Shown here piece by piece: positions 49,250 to 62,000 of a DNA stretch of 64,000 nucleotides. The notes under the pieces were generated by a model. The model searched no databases. It had not been told where the DNA came from and saw only the letters and a list, made by a program, of their open reading frames with translations. This stretch comes from Takakia lepidozioides. Lineage: Eukaryota > Plantae > Bryophyta. Every line of letters begins with the position of its first letter. The stretch's first letter is position 1. The translations under genes were made by a program, and so were the position numbers. The stretch spans positions 78,926,001-78,990,000 of the forward strand of contig CM060731.1 in assembly GCA_030704615.1 (NCBI GenBank), given 5' to 3'.

Positions 49250-52200
49250 CTCCCCACTAAAGCCCCACAAGAAACAAACCCCATCTTCAAAGTTGCAAAA
49301 GGAGTTCGCATTCCATACAAATTCTCCCCACCAGCTTCAAGATGAGCTTGGTGGAGCGACAGTCACCACAACCCAGAAAATTCTTGATGATAGGCATCCC
49401 AGGGGGCTTGCTGATGAGCCCAAAGGCAATGGCCAGCTTTTCTCACTGTAGTGGCAAAGAGAAATTTCCTTTGAGCTCCTCCACCACATATGCAATACAA
49501 ACAGATAACCCCGAGCAGGTCAACTTGGCGCCCGATCTCATGTCCACGATCTTCTCTGGGAGCGCCAGTTGCTCAGGCTTAAACACCCTGTCCTCCTTCC
49601 TTGACACTCTTGAGCTCAGTGTGGATTTTTCTACATTCCTGGATGCAATCTCTCTTCCAAAATGAATGTATGCACAACTTAGATGAGCCACCATCATTCT
49701 TCATCATTCTTTCAACCTTCAGCCTAATGTCATGTACCAGCCGCAGCATAAATGTTCAGTAGTTGCACCATCCTCACAATCCAATGTGAGATGGACTTTT
49801 CCTTGGAGTTCTGCCAGCTCCACATCGCACGAATTCTGGAGGCCCGGAGCAACACCGAAGCATCTGGTTCAATTGGCATGTTTTTAAATCTTTGTCTGAT
49901 CCAATCTGCCTGCAGGGCCAAGAAAGTCCACCATACAATCGAAGTGCTCTACTGTAAGAGTGAGCTCTCCATGGTATCAAAGTAGTGATGTCCCTCATAT
50001 AGGAGGACAAATGGCTAGGCAGAGAAAAGAGATGTAATGGATACCTCCTGGCTTTGAGCTTTCCTGTTGCATTTGCTCAAATAGATGAAGGGCCACCATA
50101 CTCAGCATATTGGGCAATCAGCACACTCATAAGACCAAACTCTATTTAGCCATGTTGTTGAGCACCTCAAACTGCATCATGCTCCCACAGCTGTGTACAT
50201 GTCAGCAACAGTACTCCCAAATTTGACACTATTCTGACTTTAAAGATGTCATCATGAACCTCTTTGCACTTCTGCAGGGCTCCAAAACTTGTCCACGCTT
50301 TGAGAACACCACTGGATGTGACGCTATTAGGCGTCGCTCCTTCCCAGTTGCATTTTCTCCTATATCCTCCTCACCAGTGTATCCTGTAATCATGGCACTC
50401 CATGAGACTTTATCTCATTGAGCAGAATTTTCAAGCACTTGGTGCTGGTTCTTCACTCTCCCACATTTGGCATACATATTCACAAGGGTAGTCTCCAGGC
50501 TAATATCTGCTGTAATTCCAGCTTTGACAATGTCAGCATGGACCTTCTGTAGGACTTCTGGGCTGGCACATGCATTTAGAACATGAATGAAGGTTGCCCT
50601 GTCCGGTGCCAGCCCCTCCTCTTGCATTAGCTCATAGACTTCAAGAACCTCCCTACCACACCCATGCAGAGTATACCCTGTGATCATTGCACTCCATGAG
50701 ACCACATGAGACCACATCTTCGTTTATACTGAGACAATTCCACTGATGATGTCAGCAACACATGCTGCAACACCATGAGCATCTCGTTTCAATCACTTCC
50801 TCTCCAACACCGCATTATGGCAACTTTGTTACATGTCAACAAAAACGTTCTCCATAATTATATCTGGTACAATTCCAGCTCTGATGATGTCAGCATGGAC
50901 TTCTTTCCCCTTTTCCACATCTCCTAGGCTGGCACACGCATTGAGAACGGAAGTGAATGTGACCCTGGTGGGTGTCACCCCTTCCTGTTGCATTTCCTCA
51001 TACATCTTCAAGGCCTCCCTACCACACCCATGCTGGGTGTATCCCGCAATCATTGCAATCCATGAGATCACATCTCGTTTTGCCATATTGTCCAATACTT
51101 GAAGTGCATCCTTCATGCTCCCACATTTAGCATACATGTTTACAAGAGTATTCTCCAGAATAATATCTGGTGCAATTCCACCTTTGACAATGTCGGCATG
51201 CACCTCTTTGCCTTTTTCGAGTTCTCCTAGGCTGGCACATGCATTGAGGACACAAATGAATGTGACCTTGTCGGGCGTCACCCCTCCCTGTTGCATCTGT
51301 TCATAAATCTCAAAAGCCTGCCTAACATAACCATGCTGAGCATATCCTGCAATCATGGCATTCCATGAGACCACATTCCGTCTAGTCATACTATCAAAAA
51401 CTCGGCGTGCATCCTTTAGGCTCCCACATTTAGCGTACATATCAGTAAGGGCACTCTCCACCATGAGATCTCGTGTGATTCCAGCTTTAATGATGTTACT
51501 GTGGACCTCTTTGGCCTTTTCCAACACTCCAAGGGTGGCACATGCATTAACAACGCAAATGAATGTGACCCTGTCGGGCGTCACCCCTTCCTGCTGCATT
51601 TCCTCATACATCTCAAGAGCCTCCCTACCACAGCCATGCCGGGCATATCCTCCAATCATGGCATTCCACGACACCACATTCCGTTTGGCTATATTGTCAA
51701 ACACTTGTCGGGCATCTCATTTACGTGCCACATTTGGCATACATGTCAGTTAGAGCAGTCTCCAGGACAATATGTGGCGAAATTCCAGATTTGATGATGT
51801 CAGCATGGATCTCTTTGCCCTTTTCCAGGGCTCCAATGCTGGCACACGCGTTGAGAGCACAAATGAACGTCACCCTGTCAGGCTTCACCCCTTCCAATTG
51901 CATTTGCTCATAAATCTTGACAGCCTCCCTACCAAACCCATGCTTGAAATATCATGTTAGCATCATATTCCACGTAAACATGTCTCGGTTAGATATTTTG
52001 TCGAACACCTGACGGGCATCCACTAGGCTCCCGCACTTGGCATACATGTTCATGAGTGTGTTGAGCAGGTAGGTGTTTGGTTTTAATCCACTTTGGGTGA
52101 TATGGCCATGCACCTGTTTGCCCTCTGCTAGGGCTTTCTTGTTGGCACACTCCTGCAAGACACAGACATAAGTGCGGGAGTCTGCCTGAATGCCTCCTTG

Positions 52201-53900
52201 GTTCAAAATGTGCAGTGCCTCTTTCAGTTGTCCTGCCTTAGATAGTGTTCTCACATCACCACCACCAGTGCCAGAAGAGTTCTTTTGATTGACCTCTCTT
52301 CCTTCCGTAATGGTGGTGTTTCAGGAATTGTTACCCATGCCGCTAGTCTGATGTCCAGCAAGAAACTGTGCTTGATTCACCCCTTCTGCCCTCCTGCATG
52401 ACTCAACAAACTGTGTACTCAAATTGACATAGTATACATGAGAGCTCCAAGATACTTAAAAGAAAGACACCTTGTTGTGGTGCATATTAACATGGTAAAT
52501 AACCTGCCTGCTACAGAATAACAGGATTACAAAACAACTCTAGTCATCTGTTTAAGAAGAAAAACTGTACCAACTTCATTCATGGACTGCTTCAATCATG
52601 ACCAAAATTAATACCCGCTGTATTCTTGGCTGGAAGCACCCGTTTGTACATCAACATGAGAACCATCACCAGATTGTACTCGACCTTGTATCATGAGCTC
52701 TGTTTTCACCCAAGGAGGGTTTGACCAACCCTCAATCCAAAGAACCTCCTTTGTGCGTTTATGCCTGAAGTCGGGTGATCTTGGGCTTTTCTGTGACACC
52801 CAACAGTGGGCAGCTGAGCAGTCATCGCTCTACCACTGCCTGACACACACTAGGCTATATAACCTGATTCCAAGCAAGTTTACACAACAGGGGGGAACAC
52901 AAACAAACATACCAGCCTACTAATAAGGGAAGACAACCGACTGACAGCAGCACTTAAAACAGCTTTTTGCTGTTTTCCACGATGAAGAGCAAAACTGTCC
53001 TTAATCTTAGAAGCTGGCTCACAAATATCATGCTAGCGTCTTTGGCATCCTACAGGAAGATAGCCTCACCTTATCCAAGGTGTTGTCCCACCACTGTGAT
53101 GGATCTGAGAAGAATTCCTGCAAACGCCGTTCTATTCTCATTGCTTCATCTGCTGGCAGAACTGCACCAACATGAGATTTTTCGCAGCTTCCCATGGCTT
53201 CCATTTCTATTGAGGAGTGATAGATCTTCAACAGGGATCTTCAGCAGCTCCTAATTGAAATAAGTCCTATTGAAGAACACTGAAGGTGTTTCACAGCAGT
53301 AGGGTACAAATTCGAGGCGAACCAAAAATGCTTGCATGGTTTGCGGCGAGATTTCAGTGGGCTTTGACAAGCCCTGTCATAATTATCACCAGAGACAAGA
53401 AGGTGGCCTTTTACTGAAAGCAGGGTAGTGCACATGGAAGAAGGACAAAAGATGTAGACTAAATTCAAATTCCCCTCTATAGCTCTTGCATAATCATGAA
53501 CTGGACTTCTTCTCATAGGTGTCAGTGCTGATGGGATGATACTGATCCTTGGTCGCTCAGTTGGGAACCTTAAAAAACCACGCAAAAATTTTACATACCT
53601 TCCTTCGGCTCCTCTTTGGACTGGAGAGGTGTCATAGCCATCAGTTGAGCGGGTCTCGGGCGCGTCATTGCCAAGGGGGATGCTAGTCATCATCCAAGCC
53701 CCGCATTCTAATCTGCCCCGTGAAGTGGAGCCTCCTCGCCCCCGGTCCCCGCAACAAGAAGACAGGGCCATGGGTGTGGCCTCGGCCTGGGCGCTCACGA
53801 GAGCGCCGGAACACATTACCATCGTCGAGGCTGCTACCGAGGAGAGAGGCACGGGTTGGCTAGATGAAGCGCGAGAGAAGACGCGGGCCCCCTCTCTTCT
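49250..53900 (-). pseudogene. PDF-PPR-DYW locus with a decayed PPR/DYW part (PPR-C); 5' exons ..53599, 53149-53070, 52790-52615, then 52393 onward
   Basis: PDF exons [18 protein letters not shown] / [28 protein letters not shown] are intact. TGA at 52323-52321, PPR tract broken into several frames, and eroded DYW remnants ([17 protein letters not shown]) near 49250-49470. Confidence 0.88.
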
Positions 53901-55489
53901 GCCCACACCACCTTGGGGTTGCCACGTTTTTTTGGCAAGTTTTATCGGATTCTAGTAGCTGTGATACTGGACTATGGAGGCAAGACAGTTGCAGTCTTTG
54001 TGCTTACATAGTGAGATTGTCTGTGACATGGGTCCTTGGAGACTGCTGTGGATGCCGAGGCTCATTTTGCAGCCATGGCTAACAGAATCTGAGTTGCTGT
54101 GCGGAATCGGTTCTTGAAGCAAAGCTGCTGAAGCTTGCTAAGCTGTGCTGTCGTAACATGAATTCTAGAAGTACTGAAGTTCTAAGTTCCCTAAGTGGCC
54201 CATTCCTCCAGAGCCAGTTACGTGGCCCTTCGACCTGTCTTGGTACGTGACTTGCAAAACACAAACTTGGAGACTTGCTGTGACCAAGTACAGGCTTCGA
54301 AATCCAAAAAGATCCACTACTCCTCAACCTTAGCCTCCATCCTCGAACATGGTGAGAATGTTCTTGCACCCTTCAAATTCAACTCCCAAACACTTCAAGA
54401 TATATTGCCGACAAGCAAATGGGGACAAAAAGAACCCAAAGATGCATTAGGTAGTCCTCTGTTTTGGCCTAATGGCCCCTTTCCATGTGTACCTTGCCCC
54501 AGACTAACACCACCAACATATGCACACATAATGTGCCCCCTTGACTTGATCCAGCGTTATGAAGACATTACTATGAGAATAGAGCTACGTTTTGAGGACT
54601 CGCTACCTTGCTAGTTCTGCGTCAGTTGTGAAATCTGACTAAAAGCACAATCTGTTCACTCAAGGAACATGGCTGCTATAGGTAAGCGCTAATCGTCAGA
54701 AGGTGCAGGACACGGAGCATGACAACATCCCATCCGTGAGCGTCAGGAGAGTGAGATGTCCAGGTGGGAGGCACTTCTGAGCGGTTTTGCCATCACTAGG
54801 AACTTGGGACGCGTGGTGTTAGGCCTCAACCGTGATTTATCCTGTGCTATCCGTAGTTTGTTGTATATACGTTTCACTGTTGCATTCTGCAGAATGTGAC
54901 TCCATCTACCAGTGAGAAGCAAAACAATGCATCTCTTTCTTGCAGACATTCTATGTATCTTTCTTTAGTCCTTGCATTTTCTCTCTCACTTGTGGCTTGC
55001 TACCTGTTGTTGTACCATTAGCTCTTAGGCTTCCTGTGGGTGTGCACATGAGTTGGTACCTTACTGACTGGAAATTTGATCTGGCTGCAGGAAAATGTAG
55101 ATCCTATCGTCCTGTTTTGGTCCCGAGCAGACAATCTCTGCACCTGTGAAACATTGTCTAATGGTGGCTGGTGAGTTTTCATTGTGGGTCGTAGTATTAT
55201 TCAAAGGGACCCAGAAGAAATTTTCATGTCAGCTGGGTAGAGAGAGCTCCACTGCCGAGGTTCACAAAGTGTGGAGCCTCCTTATGCTGCCGAGATGTTA
55301 ACCGTATGACATTTGCTTACTGCTCTTCTTACTTGTAGTAAGTGTCGTACTAATCCCAGCACCTCCTCGCTCGAATGAGTCTGATAGTACATGTGCTTGA
55401 ATTCAGTACTTCATCTGAGTTCAACACTCCTAAATAATGAAAGTTGACCATTCTGAAATGCTGCAATTTTTTCATGCGTGTTGCTCATC

Positions 55490-58400
55490 TCACCAGTAAT
55501 CCCCACAAGAACAAAATCCATCTTCAAAGCTGTGAAAGCGGTTGGCATCCCGCACCACAATTTGCCGCCCAACAATCTTCGAGATGAATTTGGTGTACGA
55601 GTGACAGTCACCACATACCCGCAGGTTCTTGATGATGCGGATAGGCACTCCAGGGGACGTGTTGATGAGCCCAAAAGCAATGGCCAGCTTTTCACTGTGA
55701 TAGCAAAGAGAAATTTCCTTTTGCTCCTCTATACTACTCAGTACAAAGCCAGTATCAGGTACATACCCAACCTTCTTCATCTGCTCAGACAATCTCTTGA
55801 GCTCAGCATGGATTTCCTCAATTTGTGGATGCAATTTGTCTTCTGGAGTGAATGTATGCACCTGGTTGTCAAGCTCAATGCAGCTAAGCCCTGTCTCCTT
55901 TATGACACCTCTGTCCTCCATCATCTTTCTAACCTTTGCTTTTTTGTCCCACCTACCAGCCGCAACATAGATGTTAGATAGTAAAACATATGTTGCGGGA
56001 TCCTGAGGATCCAAGTTGACAAGGATTTCTGCTGCTCGTTCTGCAACCTCCACATTGCCATGAATTCTGCAGGTACCAAGCAAGGCCCCCCACACCGAAG
56101 CATCTGGTTCGATTGGCATTTTGTTTATGAAGTCTTCTGCCTCGACCAATTGGCCTGCACGGCCAAGAAGGTCTACCATGCAACCAAAGTGCTTGACGGT
56201 AGGAGTGAGGCCATGATCTCGACTCATGGACTCAAAGTAGTGATGACCTTCATCCACTAAGCCCACATGGCCACATGCAGAGAGAAGAGATATAAAGGTG
56301 ATACCATCGGGTTTCCAGCCTTCCCATTGCATTTGGTCAAATACTTGAAGGGCCTCCCTACCACACGCATGCTGCGCGTATCCAGTGATCATTGCACTCC
56401 ATGAGACCACATCTCGTTTATCCATTTTGTCGAACACTTGCTGCGCATCCTTCATACTCCCACATCTGGAGTACATGTCAGCAAGAGCAGTCTCCAAATT
56501 AACATGTGACACAATCCCAGCTTCAATAATGTCGTCATGAATCTCTTTGCCCTTCTGCAGGGCTCCTAGGCTGGCACACACATTGAGCACACAGGTGAAT
56601 GTGACACTGTTGGGTGGCACCCTTTCTTGTTGCATATGCTTGTAGATCTCTAAAGCCTCCTTTCCAAACCCCTGCTGAGCATACCCTGCAATCATGGTAT
56701 TCCATGAAACGACATTTCGTTGAGCCATATTGCTGAACACTTGATGGGCATCCTTCAAGCCCCCACATTTGGCATACATGTCCACGAGGGCATTCTCCAG
56801 AGTGATATCTGGGGCAATGCCAGCTTTGATGATGTCAGCATGAACCTCTTTGCCCTTCTGTAGGGATCCTAGGCTTGAACATGCATTTAGAACACAAATG
56901 AAAGAGACTCTGTCTGATGTCACCCCCTCCCCTTGCATTTTCTCATGGATCTCCAAAGCCTCCCTACCACACCCATCCAGGGCATATCCTGTGATCATTG
57001 CACTCCATGAGATCACATCTCGTCTAACCATGCTGTCCAACACCCGCCTCGCATCCTTCATATTCCTGCATTTCGCGTACATGTCAACAAGGGCATTCTC
57101 CAAAACGATATCTGGAGCAATCCCAGCTCTGATAATGTCAGCATGAACCTCTTTTCCCTTGTCCAAAGCTCCTGCGTGGGCACACGCATTGAGAACGCAG
57201 GTGAAAGTGATCCTGTTGGGTGTCACCCTTTCCTGTTGCATTTGCTCATAAATCTTCAAAGCTTCCCTACCACACCCATGCTGAGCATATCCTGCGATCA
57301 TTGCACTCCATGAGACCACGTCTCGCTTAGCCATACTATCCAAGACTTGATTCGCATCATTCAGGCTCCCGCATTTGGCATACATGTCGACCAGGGCATT
57401 CTCCAGAATGATATCCGGTGCAATTCCACTTTTGATTATGTCAGCATGGACCTCTTTGCCCTTTATCAGGACTCCTAGACTGGCACACGCCTTGAGAACG
57501 CAAATGAAAGTGACCCTGTTCGGCTTTACCCCTTGCTTTCGCATCTGCTCATAGATCTGGCAGGCCTGCATACCGTACCCAAGCTGGGCGTATCCTGCGA
57601 TCATGGCGTTCCATGAGACCACATTCCGTTCTGCCATACTGTCAAACACTTGACGTGCATCTTTTATGCTCCCGCATTTGGCATACATGTCAGTAAGAGC
57701 AGTCTCCAGAATGACATGCGGAGCAATTCCAGCTTTGATGATGTTAGCATGGACCTCTTTGCCCTTTTCCAGAGCTCTAAGGCGGGCACACGCATTGAGA
57801 ATGCAAATGAATGTGACCTTTTGGGGCGTCACTCCTTCCTGTTGCATTTTATCGTAAACCTTGAGGGCCTCCCTGCCACACCCATGCTTCGCATATCCTG
57901 CTATCAATATATTCCATGTATACATATCTCGTTCAGGCATTTTGTCAAACACTTGGCGCGCATTCACCATGCTCCCACACTTGGCATACATGTTGACAAG
58001 GGTGTTGAGGAGTAATATGCTTGGCTTTAATCCACTTTGGATGATGTGAGCGTGCACCTCCTTCCCCTCTGCTAGACCTTTCCTAGTAATGCACTCCTGC
58101 AAGAGACAAACATAAGCGCTCGAGTCTGCAAGGAGACCACCTTGGTTCAAAATGCGCAGTGCCTCTCTCAGTCCTCCTGCCTTACATAGGGTCCTAAAAT
58201 CCCCACAACTGACAGGAGTATTCAATCTGATTCCCTCTCTCGGTCCTCGTTCAAAAGTGGTGGTGATGGTGGGTGTGGTACTTAAGCCTCCAGTCTGATG
58301 CCCAACAACCAACTGTGCCGGATTCAACACTGTCATCCTGCATGATTCACGCTCTTTGTCACCCACATTTACACTCAAACCCACATAGGAATATACCTCA

Positions 58401-58631
58401 AGGCTCCTAGACTCTCCCAAGAAAGATCTCTTCATGAACACAGGCTTTTGACAGTGGAGCAGGACCACCACATCAGGAAAACTGTCCCAATTGTTCCAGT
58501 GGGAACTCTCAAATCATCACCAAAACAAACCTGTAATGTTCTCGGGTTGGAGCTCCATGGTTTACATTGGCATTAGAGACTTCTGTTCGGCCTTGCATCA
58601 TAGAATCTTCGCTTCGCAATAGAAGTTCCAT
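55490..58631 (-). CDS. PLS-PPR (20 motifs) + E + DYW deaminase lacking the PDF motif (PPR-D); predicted exons 58631-58531, 58337-55490 (~982 aa)
   Basis: HSEKLA, CGDCH, CSCGDYW and a variant PG box [10 protein letters not shown]. It has the same tgcag|G ATG acceptor as PPR-A/B. The upstream exon [23 protein letters not shown] is homologous to the linker half of the PDF exon. Confidence 0.88.
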
Positions 58632-58795
58632 CCTCTTATCTTGCTTACATGGTCTCTTTGTGCAATCGATAGGCTACCAAATACTGTCGTCACAACATCG
58701 ACATCTTTTTGTGGGCGAAAAAAAAACTCTATTTTATAATCATCAGCTCAATGGAACTGTGGAGTTTCGCAAACTGCAACTAGAGAAAAGACGGC

Positions 58796-58817
58796 AGAGA
58801 GAGAGAGAGAGAGAGAG
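58796..58817. repeat. (GA)n microsatellite in the divergent intergenic region between PPR-D and PPR-E
   Basis: About 11 AG units read directly. Confidence 0.8.
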
Positions 58818-59009
58818 CTCTTGGTGCCAGTCCAATGTGTGAAGGACAGTGCGTAGGAACCGTCAGTTTACTGTACGAAGATCTGACATAACAAGGCTCA
58901 GGACAGCGTCAAACCTACGTACTAGAATGCAGCACCGCAGGTTGCAAAAGGCCGAGACGCGGTTGCAAAAGTTCGAGATGGAGCAGCCAGGCCAGCAAGA
59001 ACAAGATGC

Positions 59010-62000
59010 ATGGCACGCCGGGCATCCTCCACATGCTCCACTGCCAGCTCGGGGTGCCCTCTCAAGCATTCCCGAAGATACGCTGCTTGCAGGATTGACC
59101 CTGTTGGTAGAGCTAACGCGAATAGGTGTGGGCTCTACACTCTGTTCGCGACCTTTGTGCATTTTTCGAACAACATTGCATTGAGATTCGCTTCAAATAC
59201 TTTCAAGCCGATTGCCGTGCAGTGGGCAATAGTAGAGGAGGACCAAGTTCATGGACAGGGGGGTAATAAGCAAGGAGCCCGCATAAGCAAGTATGCAAAA
59301 TGCCAAAATACAGAGCCTTCCAACGTACATTTTGCACACCCCAGTCACTGGCGGGACAATGGAGGAAGAAAGATGCATCCCAGAAGAGCAGATTTCAGGT
59401 ACATCCAGGAACCATGGATTGAGAGCTACAAGAAACATGCGTGGGTGGATGGTGAATTGGAGAAGCTTGATGCAGCTAGGGCCAAATATGCAAAAACTGG
59501 AAGTACAGACAAGGAGAAGCTGTGGAACGAATACTTTTCGAACCACAGTCAAGGGTGGGAAAGTTGGGGCCAAAAGATCCATCCTAGAGAACCAGATTTC
59601 AAGCACCAGAGTACCAGCGAGGGGCTATGCACGGATAGTTACATAGGTAGGGCTAAATATCCAAAAACTGAAAATAGAGTCGAACAGAAGCTTTCAAAGG
59701 AGTATTTCTCAAACCTCACTCAACGGGGGCACAATCAAGACAGCAAGATGCTTTCTAGAGGAGCTTGCTTCAAGCACAAGAGTACCACTGAGAGGTTATG
59801 GATGGTAAGCTACAAGAAACCTCTACAGCTATATGGTGAATTGGAGAAACTACTCAATGCAGCCAGGGTGGACCATCCAAACTTTGTAGATAGAGATGAT
59901 TATGATCTTCCAAAGGATTATTTGTCAAAGCCTGTCCAATTGTGGGACAGTCGAGCCAGAAAGATCCATCCTAGAGGGCCAGATTTGATGCACAAGACTA
60001 CCAACAAGGGGCTATGGATTGATAGCAACAAGAAACCTCTGTTAATAGATGGTCAAGCAAAAGCAGTAGTGGCACAATTGTGTGTGTCAGGAACCCCCAC
60101 CATGACAACCTCTTTTGAAATCTGTGGGTACTTCAGGACACTATCAAAGGCAGGACAATTGAAAAGGGCGTTGCAGATTTTAAATCAAGGAGGCATCTTG
60201 GCAGACTCCAAAACTTATGCCTATCTCTTGCAGGAGTGCATCAAGATGAGAAGCCTAGCAGAGGGAAAGCAGGTGCATGCCCACATTATCCGAACTGGAT
60301 TCAAACCAGACATCTTTCTACATAATGCCCTCGTCAACATGCATGCCAAGTGTGGGAGCATTGTGGATGCACGCCTAGTGTTTGACAAAATGCCTGAACG
60401 AAGTTTGATTACGTGGAATACAATGATAGCAGGATATGCAAAGCAGGGATACTGTAGGGAGGCCTTCGAGACCTATGAGCAAATGATGCGGGAAGGGGTG
60501 ACACCCAACCAGGTCACATTCATTTGTATTCTCAAGGCATGTGCCAGTCTAGCAGCACTGGAAAAGGGCAAAGAGGTCCATGCTGACATCATGGACTTTG
60601 GAATTGTGCCAAATATCACCTTGGAGACTACCCTCGTGGACATGTATGCCAAATGCGGGAGCATAGTTGATGCAAAGGGAGTTTTCAACAACATGGCTGA
60701 ACGAAATGTGGTATCATGGAATGCGATGATCACAGGATATGCCCAGCAGGGGCGTGGGATGGAAGCTTTGGAGACCTATGAACAAATGATGCTGGAAGGG
60801 GTGAAGCCCAACCAGGTCACATTTGTTTGCGTTTGCAATGCCTGTGCCAGCCTGGCAGCCCTGCAAAAAGGCAAAGAGGTCCATGCTGACATCTGGAAAA
60901 CTGGAATCATATCAGATATTATTCTGGACAATACCCTTGTAGACATGTATGCCAAATGTGGGAGCATCGAGGATGCAAAGGGTGTATTTGACAACATGGC
61001 TAAACGAAATGTGGTCTCGTGGAATGCAATGATTACAGGATATACCCAGTGTGGGTGTGGGACAGAGGCCTTGGGGACCTATGAGCAGATGAAGCGGGAA
61101 GGGATGACACCTGACCAGGTCACATTCGTCTGCGTTCTCAAGGCATGTGCCAGCCTGGGGGACCAGGAAAAGGGAAAAGGCATCCATGCTGACCTCATGA
61201 AAGCTGGGATTGTGCCAGATATCATCTTGGACACAGCTCTCATGGACATGTATGGCAAATGTGGGAGCATAGAGGATGCAAAGACAGTGTTTGAGAACAT
61301 GGCTGAACGAAATGTGGTCTCGTGGAATGCAATGATCAGAGGCTATACCCAGCATGGTGATGGGATGGTTGCTCTGGAGACCTATCAGCAAATGATGCAG
61401 GAAGGGGTGAAGCCCAACCAGGTCACATTCGTTTGTGTTTGCAATGCGTGTGCCAGCCTGGCAGCCCTGGAAAAGGGCAAAAAGGTGCATGCTGACATTT
61501 TGAAAGCTGGAATTGTACCAGATACTATTCTGGACAACAGCCTTGTGGACATGTATGCCAAATGCGGGAGCATTGAGGATGCAAAGAGAGTGTTCGAATA
61601 CATGGCTGAACGAGATGTGGTATCATGGAATGCGATGATCACAGGATATGCTCAGCGTGGGTGTGGGGTTAAGGCTTTAGCGACCTATGAGCAAATGAAG
61701 CGGGAAGGGGTGGAGCCCGACCAGGTCACATTCGTTTCTGTTTGCAATGCATGTGCCAGCCTGGCAGCTCTGGTGAAGGGCAAAGCTGTCCACATGGACA
61801 TCATGAAATCTGGAATTGTACCCAATAACATCCTGGAAAATACCCTTGTGGACATGTATGGCAAATGTGGGAGCATTGAGGATGCAAAGGGAGTGTTTGA
61901 CAATATAGTTGAGCGAGATGTGGTCTCATGGAATGCCATGATTGCGGGATATGCCCAGCATGGGTCTGGCCTGGAGGCTTTGGAGACCTATGAGCAAATG

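Noticed and set aside
53241-53906. 221-aa ORF as an independent gene
   Set aside because: It overlaps the frameshifted exon-1 region of PPR-C (homologous to 9656-9893) and runs on into intron sequence.
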